Positions 1 through 5,592 of a stretch of 50,314 nt of DNA are shown piece after piece; positions within the stretch are counted from its first letter, which is position 1, and each line of letters begins with the position of its first letter. A program made the translations under genes and the position numbers. The stretch is from positions 1 through 50,314 of the forward strand of contig CAYHUJ010000002.1 of the NCBI GenBank assembly GCA_964360035.1, written 5' to 3'. The notes beneath the pieces are model-generated. The model searched no databases. It was not told the origin of the DNA and saw only the letters and a program-made list of their open reading frames with translations. The DNA comes from an uncultured Candidatus Saccharibacteria bacterium. Its GTDB lineage: Bacteria; Patescibacteriota; Minisyncoccia; UBA6257; JACRHY01.

Positions 1-1
1 A

Positions 2-163
2 CGGCTCGAAAAAGGCATGTCGCAAGGCGACATTTGCCGTGAGTTAGGGTTAGATAGAGCGTATATTAGTAATGTTGAGAATGGCAAGCAAAATCTTACA
101 ATTAGCACAATGGAAAAGGTCGCCAAAGTGTTAGGAACGAGTATAGATCAACTTTTAAAATAA
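2..163 (+). CDS. XRE-family helix-turn-helix regulator, C-terminal part (5' end outside the window)
   Basis: The frame from nt 2 reads RLEKGMSQGDICRELGLDRAYISNVENGKQNLTISTMEKVAKVLGTSIDQLLK, then TAA at 161-163. This is the typical HTH_3/Cro-C1 pattern. It is absent from the ORF track because no start codon lies in the window. It ends 2 nt before the next ATG. Confidence 0.75.
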   Translation, partial: RLEKGMSQGDICRELGLDRAYISNVENGKQNLTISTMEKVAKVLGTSIDQLLK

Positions 164-165
164 TT

Positions 166-1008
166 ATGACTACTCAAAACCAAACTATTACTAAAATCGC
201 AATTTTTCAAAAAAAAGAAATTCGCAAGATTATTCATAAAGGTGAATGGTGGTTTTCCGTAATCGATGTCGTTGAAGCACTCTCTGGTACCGACCGCCCG
301 AGAAAATATTGGAACGATCTCAAGAAAAAGCTGATGAAAGAGGGGTTTCTTGAAGTGTCCGAAAAAATCGGACAGTTGAAAATGGCTTCTCCAGACGGGA
401 AAATGCGCGAAACGGACTGTGCTACTACCGAGACGATGTTTCGTATTATTCAAGCTATTCCATCCCCAAAAGCCGAGCCGTTTAAGCGTTGGCTCGCGCG
501 TGTCGGTTTTGAACGTGTGGAGGAAATAGAAAATCCTGAGCTTGCCACAAAGCGCACTCGAGCGATTTACAAAGCAAAAGGATATTCCGATGCGTGGATT
601 GAAAAGAGAATGCGTGGTATTGAAGTTCGAGAAACACTTACTGATGAATGGAAAAAGCGTGGAGTAAAGGAAGGTCAAGAATACGCAATTCTTACCGCCG
701 AAATCTCAAGGGCGACATTTGGTATGACCCCGAGAGAATATCAGAAATTCAAAGGATTAAAGCGTGAAAATCTACGCGACCACATGAACGATTTAGAGCT
801 TATTTTTACCATGCTCGGCGAAGCCTCAACCACTGAAATCGCGAAAAATAAAGATACACAAGGATTTATAGAAAACCAAAAAGCCGCAAAAGAAGGTGGT
901 GCAATCGCCGGGGACGCACGTAAAAAACTTGAAATAAAAAGTGGTAAAAAAGTTTCTACTGGTGAGAATTATTTACCGAGACCAAAGAAAGTAGAAAAGT
1001 TAAAATAA
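166..1008 (+). CDS. Bro-N domain / DNA-damage-inducible protein D (DinD)-like protein
   Basis: The N-terminus IAIFQKKEIRKIIHKGEWWFSVIDVVEALSG..RPRKYWNDLKKKL and the later RIIQAIPSPKAEPFKRWLARVG match the Bro-N/DinD fold pattern known from phage antirepressor-like proteins. The 280-aa ORF is intact. Confidence 0.8.
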   Translation: MTTQNQTITKIAIFQKKEIRKIIHKGEWWFSVIDVVEALSGTDRPRKYWNDLKKKLMKEGFLEVSEKIGQLKMASPDGKMRETDCATTETMFRIIQAIPSPKAEPFKRWLARVGFERVEEIENPELATKRTRAIYKAKGYSDAWIEKRMRGIEVRETLTDEWKKRGVKEGQEYAILTAEISRATFGMTPREYQKFKGLKRENLRDHMNDLELIFTMLGEASTTEIAKNKDTQGFIENQKAAKEGGAIAGDARKKLEIKSGKKVSTGENYLPRPKKVEKLK

Positions 1009-1012
1009 CTAT

Positions 1013-1796
1013 ATGACGACACAAGTAAAAGACTTTAGATCCGTAAGTTCTGAATACGACCAAGACTGGGTAAATGGCGTTGGTGAAAAAGAATATCGAG
1101 CGCTTTTCGAGTTTTTACAAGGAAAGAATATCAAAACGATTCTTGATCTTGCGGGTGGCAACGGAAAACTTGCCAAAATGCTTAGAGAGAGAGGATAATG
1201 ATGTCTTTCTATTTGATATCGCAGACAATATGCTTGCCGAAGCTCATCGTAAGGGTGTCCCAGAAGAAAAAACTATGGTGGGTGATATTTTTACTAAAAA
1301 TATTGGAAAGAAATTCGATTGTGTCATCCTCAAATCCTCAATGCACGAAATACCACTTGAAAAATCCTCAGAACTTCACTCGATTGTTTTTAATTTATTA
1401 AATCCCGAAGGATGGTTTATTGATTGGGATGTCCACATGCCAACAGAAAAAGACTCCAACTGGCTTATACGGTGGGTAAACATCAAGGACAACATTGCTG
1501 GTCTTGTGGATTTGGTAAAGAATCGCAATATTTATACGGAAGACTTTATTGTAGAGCAACTTAAACAAATAGGTTTTAAAAAAGTTACGATTGCATATCG
1601 CTTTTTTTACACTGTCTCTGTCGCAAAAATGAGTAAAGTATATTGGGCGGACAATTTTCAAAAAACTCAAGAGTTTTTTGAAAAGACGCAAGAATTATTA
1701 AAAACTTACGGGAGTGATAACATTTCCGTGACTGAAAAGCCGCCGATAGATTTTGAGATAAAAATACCTGCTGTCTTTATCGTCGGACAGAAATGA
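1013..1796 (+). pseudogene. Class I SAM-dependent methyltransferase interrupted by a +1 frameshift at an (AG)5 tract
   Basis: ORF 1013-1198 carries motif I (ILDLAGGNGKLAKML) and stops at TAA 1196-1198. The +1 frame continues directly with post-I and later motifs (DNDVFLFDIADNML, GDIF, FDCVILKSSMHEIP). The switch lies at agagagagag, 1184-1193. Confidence 0.7.
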
Positions 1797-2319
1797 GAAG
1801 TTATTGCTCTCGAATAGTTTCGTGTGATCTGTCATTTTGAATTACAGCAAGCTCAAACGAAGCCACCGAGCGAATACGAAGCAACACCGAGCAGGCATCG
1901 TGAGCGTAGCGAGCGGCCAGTGCGAGGTGCTTGCGAAGTGTGAGCGGACGTTATAGTTACCACAAAACGCGGATACGGAGTGCGCCTCGGTCGCCGTGAG
2001 GGTGGAGAAAAGAGCAACGAAAATGCTAAAATATAAATGTGCTCTTTTCGGAGACTGAAACGGCGAAGCAAAACCAAAAAATTCCTTTCCATTTCTTTTT
2101 CCGCTTTGCGGTGGGTGGTGGGGGGAGTCGCAAATAAAAATGATAGGAAATTTTGGGGTTTTGCCTCGCGCGAGCTTGTCGAGCGCGGCCGAGGCGCAAG
2201 TATCATTCGTCAAAATCCTGCGGATTTTGCCCGAAATACATTTGAACTTCGTCCAATACACACCGCAGGATTGGGCGCCCGTTCGAGAGACCGGACGCCC
2301 TAGTGTTTATAATACTTTT

Positions 2320-2439
2320 GAGAACAGAGATTTGGCGGTTGGGAACATCATCGGTTCAAACATCCTCAACATTCTTTGGGTTTTGGGCTTGACCGGCATT
2401 ATTTTGCCGCTACCTTTTAACGCCGATTTTGAACATTGA
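2320..2439 (+). pseudogene. C-terminal remnant of a CaCA-family Na+/Ca2+ exchanger membrane protein
   Basis: The tail of ORF 2140-2439 reads ENRDLAVGNIIGSNILNILWVLGLTGIILPLPF, the alpha-repeat signature (GNxxGSNxxNIL) of YrbG/CaCA exchangers. The upstream part of the same ORF is non-homologous junk. Only about 40 codons survive. Confidence 0.6.
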
Positions 2440-2467
2440 CGCATTAAACGGAGTGGTAAAAGATCGC

Positions 2468-2487
2468 CGATATACTTAAGTATATCG
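2468..2487. repeat. Perfect 20-bp palindrome CGATATACTTAAGTATATCG (copy 1 of 2)
   Basis: Read directly from the sequence. It is self-complementary around the central TTAA. A second copy lies 76 bp away, centre to centre. Confidence 0.9.
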
Positions 2488-2542
2488 CTCAAATACGAAG
2501 TAGAAAAAAATAGCATCCCGAGCGGAAAAGAAACAAAAAACA

Positions 2543-2564
2543 GCGATATACTTAAGTATATTGC
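2543..2564. repeat. 22-bp palindrome GCGATATACTTAAGTATATTGC with one mismatch (copy 2 of 2)
   Basis: It shares the core GATATACTTAAGTATAT with 2469-2485. The only arm mismatch is g2545/t2562. Confidence 0.9.
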
Positions 2565-2644
2565 CTTAAAGTGGAGCGACGGAAAAAAAAACGAAAAGAA
2601 AGATATTGGCGCGATTAGGTCAGAATTTGCGTCGCGGTTTTTTT

Positions 2645-2671
2645 AAAAAACCCCCGCTTGAAACGGGGGGG
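2645..2671 (-). terminator. Rho-independent terminator for the minus-strand gene ending at 2674
   Basis: The stem is CCCCCG (2651-2656) / CGGGGG (2664-2669) with a 7-nt loop. On the minus strand it is followed by TTTTTT (plus-strand aaaaaa, 2645-2650). It starts 3 nt after the stop codon. Confidence 0.7.
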
Positions 2672-2673
2672 CA

Positions 2674-3120
2674 TCAAAGTTTGACGCGCATGGAGTCAAG
2701 AAAAGAATCATCGTAAGAAGGGACGCGGATGACGCGCTGTTGGCCGTCCGGCCCCGTTAGAAGAAATTCCACGAAGAATTTGCCGTTGTCGTCCCGGCCC
2801 GCTCCGGATTCCACCTTAATTTTCAATTCTTGAAAAAGCCGGACGATTTTCGCGGCGGAATTGATGGCTTCGTCCATTGCGTTGTCGGCCAAATTGAGAG
2901 CGGTAATCATTCTATTCAGATTGGCGTTGACCCGCCTGTCCCACTCTTTTTTGGCGTTTTCGTCCACGGCCCCCTCCTTTTTTAGGCGCGATATTTTTGT
3001 TTGTTCTGCGAGTATCTTATCAGGAATAAAGCGAATGGTAAATCCCCGCGCCCGACTGATAAAGGCAAAATCTTTGCCTCCCGTTCTTTTTTTCGGAGGA
3101 ATCTGGTAAAATAAAGTCAT
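2674..3120 (-). CDS. Hypothetical protein (148 aa from MTLFYQIPPKK)
   Basis: This is an open frame with its own terminator. I recognise no domain. I chose the internal ATG (CAT at 3118-3120) because the longer 166-aa version is antisense to the receiver remnant. Confidence 0.5.
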   Translation of the reverse strand: MTLFYQIPPKKRTGGKDFAFISRARGFTIRFIPDKILAEQTKISRLKKEGAVDENAKKEWDRRVNANLNRMITALNLADNAMDEAINSAAKIVRLFQELKIKVESGAGRDDNGKFFVEFLLTGPDGQQRVIRVPSYDDSFLDSMRVKL

Positions 3121-3316
3121 GCCCGAAGTAACGAAGAGAATTCTCATTGCCGAGGATAACAAAGCTCTTTCCAAAGCGTTGGAATTGAAACTGCCGAACT
3201 TCGGCTTTTCGGTGGCGGTCGCTTTTGACGGGGAAGAAGTTGCCGAATCGTTCGGAATTCCATACGCCGACTTGAACGCGCGGGTTTTAACCGGAACGGT
3301 GATTCGCGGCTTATGA
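3119..3316 (+). pseudogene. Truncated response-regulator receiver (REC) stub
   Basis: KRILIAEDNKALSKALELKLPNFGFSVAVAFDGEEV aligns with beta1-alpha1-beta2 of the two downstream REC domains (RVLIAEDEENLVRALQDNLEAEGYGVDVAYNGEEA). Unrelated sequence follows and the ORF stops at 65 aa, before the phospho-acceptor Asp region (LILLDLLMP in the paralogs). Its TGA overlaps the kinase ATG (ATGA at 3313-3316). Confidence 0.55.
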
Positions 3317-5202
3317 GCTTAAAACAACGGACAATTTTCTATTTTTCATTATTGCTGATTTTTTTCATCGGCGCGGCGGTTACGGTTTACTATTTTCAAT
3401 TTTCGCAAAAACTGGACGCCGTCGTGATTGACGCCGCCGGCAGAAACAGGATGCTTTCCCAAAGGATCGGTTTTCTGTCCGAGCAAGCCGTCCGTGGCGG
3501 CAGGGACGTCGGGGCGGAACTGCGGGAGGCAGTTGATCTTTATGACGCTTCATTTTACGCCATAAAAAACGGCGGCGTCGTTTTGGGAATCGCCGGCGGC
3601 GCGGTGTTGCCTCCGTCGCCGCCCGGCGTTTTGCCGTTGGTCTTATCAGCCGAAGAATTATGGCAAGCATATAAAAAACAAGCCGAAATAATCGCGCGGG
3701 AGCCGATAGCCGCGGACGGCGAGTTGAACGTTACCCTCTCCGGAGCGCTGGATTTCATTGAAGCCAACGAAGCGGAGATGCTGGCAAGAAATCACGCAGT
3801 GACGGAGGCCTACGTTGAGCTTAACAGGATTAAAAACCAAAACCTTTTCTCCGTTTTTTTGACAATCGGCGCAATAAACGCGGGAATAATCGCGTTAAGT
3901 TTTTATTTGATGAGGATATTTGTTTTGCGGCCGTTGGAACGGCTCAAGTCGGGGGTTGACAGCGTCAAAACGGGAAATTTGGATTACCGGTTGTCCGTGC
4001 CGCGCCGGGACGAAATCGGCCAGCTTTCGGCGGCTTTTAATGAAATGGTCGCGGAAATACGCGAGCGAACCGCCAAACTGAAGGAAGCCGAAGCCGAAGA
4101 CAAGGCGATGCTTTTCAGCGTTGCCGAGGGTTTGGTGGCGGTTGACAAAGAGGAAAGGGTAATGTTTGTTAATAAAGCGTTTGAAGAAATACTCGGCTGG
4201 AAAGGGGAAGAGGTGAAGGGCAAAAAGTTCACCGAATTTATTCCGCTATTAAACGAGAATGGCGAGCCGATTCCGGCATCGCAGCGGCCTATCGCCAAAG
4301 CGCTTAAAGGAATCACCACCATCACCACCGTCACCTCCGCCGCCGTTGTCGCCAATTTTTACCGGCGGAAAGACGGTTCCATGGTTCCCGTCAGCATCAA
4401 TGTCGCTCCCGTTATTTTAGACGATCAAATCGCGGGGGTCATAGAAGTTTTTCACGACATAACCAAAGAAAATGAAATTGAAAAAGCGCGGACGGATTTT
4501 TTGACACTTGCTTCGCACCAGCTTCGCACGCCCCTTTCCGGCACTAAGTGGCTTATTGAAACGATACGGCGGGGGGTTATCGGCCAGATGACGGAAAAGC
4601 AAAAATCGTATCTTGACCGAATTTATCAGATTAACGAAAGAATGATAGGACTCGTTTCCGACATGCTCAACGCTTTGCGCATTGAAAGCGGCGCCGCGGC
4701 GGCAAAAAAGGAAACCGTTTTTTTTCGGGAATTGTTTAAGGAAATTTCTTTAACGGCGGCGTCCGCGGCCGACGCGAAAAAAATTACGCTGCGCAACGCC
4801 CTTGAAAACCGCGAAGCGATTTCCGTGGAATCCGACGCCGCCATGCTGCGGAACATTCTTGAGTGTTTCGTCGGGAACGCCATCAATTATTCAAATCCCG
4901 GACGGGAGGTTGTCGTGGGCGCGAGAGAAGAGCCGGCAACCGTCGTTTTTTCGGTAAAGGACTCGGGAATCGGAATTCCCAGGGAAGAGCGAAGGAAAAT
5001 CACGGAAAGATTTTACCGGGCCTCAAACGCCAAACTTTTTAATCCCGAAGGAACCGGTCTCGGTCTTTACATCGCTTCAATGCTCGCGGAGAAAATAGGC
5101 GCCGAAATCTTCTTTGAATCCGAAGAGGGAAAGGGCTCCACATTTTTCTTGCGGGTTCCGAAAAAAGTCGCAAATAACAAAACAATTAAAAACAACCATT
5201 AA
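3313..5202 (+). CDS. Sensor histidine kinase (PilJ/NarX-type N-terminal sensor, TM, HAMP, PAS, HisKA, HATPase_c)
   Basis: An N-terminal TM helix is followed by the AAGRNRMLSQRIGFLSEQ box typical of PilJ/NarX four-helix sensors, then a second TM helix. HAMP: RPLERLKSGVDSV...IGQLSAAFNEMV. PAS: VAEGLVAVDKEERVMFVNKAFEEILGW. H-box: FLTLASHQLRTPLSG. G-boxes: DSGIGIP and GTGLGLYI. Confidence 0.9.
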   Translation: MSLKQRTIFYFSLLLIFFIGAAVTVYYFQFSQKLDAVVIDAAGRNRMLSQRIGFLSEQAVRGGRDVGAELREAVDLYDASFYAIKNGGVVLGIAGGAVLPPSPPGVLPLVLSAEELWQAYKKQAEIIAREPIAADGELNVTLSGALDFIEANEAEMLARNHAVTEAYVELNRIKNQNLFSVFLTIGAINAGIIALSFYLMRIFVLRPLERLKSGVDSVKTGNLDYRLSVPRRDEIGQLSAAFNEMVAEIRERTAKLKEAEAEDKAMLFSVAEGLVAVDKEERVMFVNKAFEEILGWKGEEVKGKKFTEFIPLLNENGEPIPASQRPIAKALKGITTITTVTSAAVVANFYRRKDGSMVPVSINVAPVILDDQIAGVIEVFHDITKENEIEKARTDFLTLASHQLRTPLSGTKWLIETIRRGVIGQMTEKQKSYLDRIYQINERMIGLVSDMLNALRIESGAAAAKKETVFFRELFKEISLTAASAADAKKITLRNALENREAISVESDAAMLRNILECFVGNAINYSNPGREVVVGAREEPATVVFSVKDSGIGIPREERRKITERFYRASNAKLFNPEGTGLGLYIASMLAEKIGAEIFFESEEGKGSTFFLRVPKKVANNKTIKNNH

Positions 5203-5214
5203 ATCAATATCAAA

Positions 5215-5592
5215 ATGAACAAGGTCTTAATCGTTGAAGATGAAGAATTTCTGGCGTCCGCCCTCAAGGACAATCTTGAGTTGGAGGGTTGCGCGATAGA
5301 CGTCGCCTATAACGGCGAGGAGGCGATGGAGCGGATTCGGAAGAGCCGTCCCAATCTCATTCTTCTTGATCTTTTGATGCCCAAAAAGGACGGCTTCTAC
5401 GTGCTTGAAGAGCTCAAGAAGAACGACGAATGGAAACTGATTCCGGTGATCGTTCTTTCCAATCTGGGCGGAGACGCGGATATAAAAAGGGCGCTGGATA
5501 TGGGAGCGAATGATTATTTCGTGAAGTCCCAGCATCCGATTGAAGAGGTAGTGGAAAAAGTAAAAACTTATCTTGGGGGCAAAAAAGCATGA
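5215..5592 (+). CDS. Stand-alone response regulator receiver (CheY-like, 125 aa)
   Basis: KVLIVEDEE...LILLDLLMPKKDGF...VIVLSNLG...DYFVKS carries the acidic pocket, the phospho-Asp, the conserved S/T and the conserved K of REC domains. There is no output domain. Confidence 0.9.
   Translation: MNKVLIVEDEEFLASALKDNLELEGCAIDVAYNGEEAMERIRKSRPNLILLDLLMPKKDGFYVLEELKKNDEWKLIPVIVLSNLGGDADIKRALDMGANDYFVKSQHPIEEVVEKVKTYLGGKKA

Noticed and set aside
1842-2303. ORFs of 88-139 aa on both strands in the GC-rich stretch
   Set aside because: They are low-complexity Arg/Ser/Pro-rich translations that overlap each other. They have no SD, no recognisable family and no neighbours in operon arrangement. I treated the region as non-coding or decayed.
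2268-2305. tRNA-like T-arm (gggcgcccGTTCGAGagaccggacgccc)
   Set aside because: The GTTCGAG is reminiscent of a T-loop. I could not build an acceptor stem, a D-arm or an anticodon arm around it on either strand. No CCA-proximal pairing is present.
5590-5592. Possibility of an alternative genetic code (UGA reassigned, as in some CPR lineages)
   Set aside because: TGA terminates well-supported genes at their expected lengths, for example the 125-aa receiver at 5590-5592 and the methyltransferase at 1794-1796. All housekeeping ORFs are intact under the standard code.
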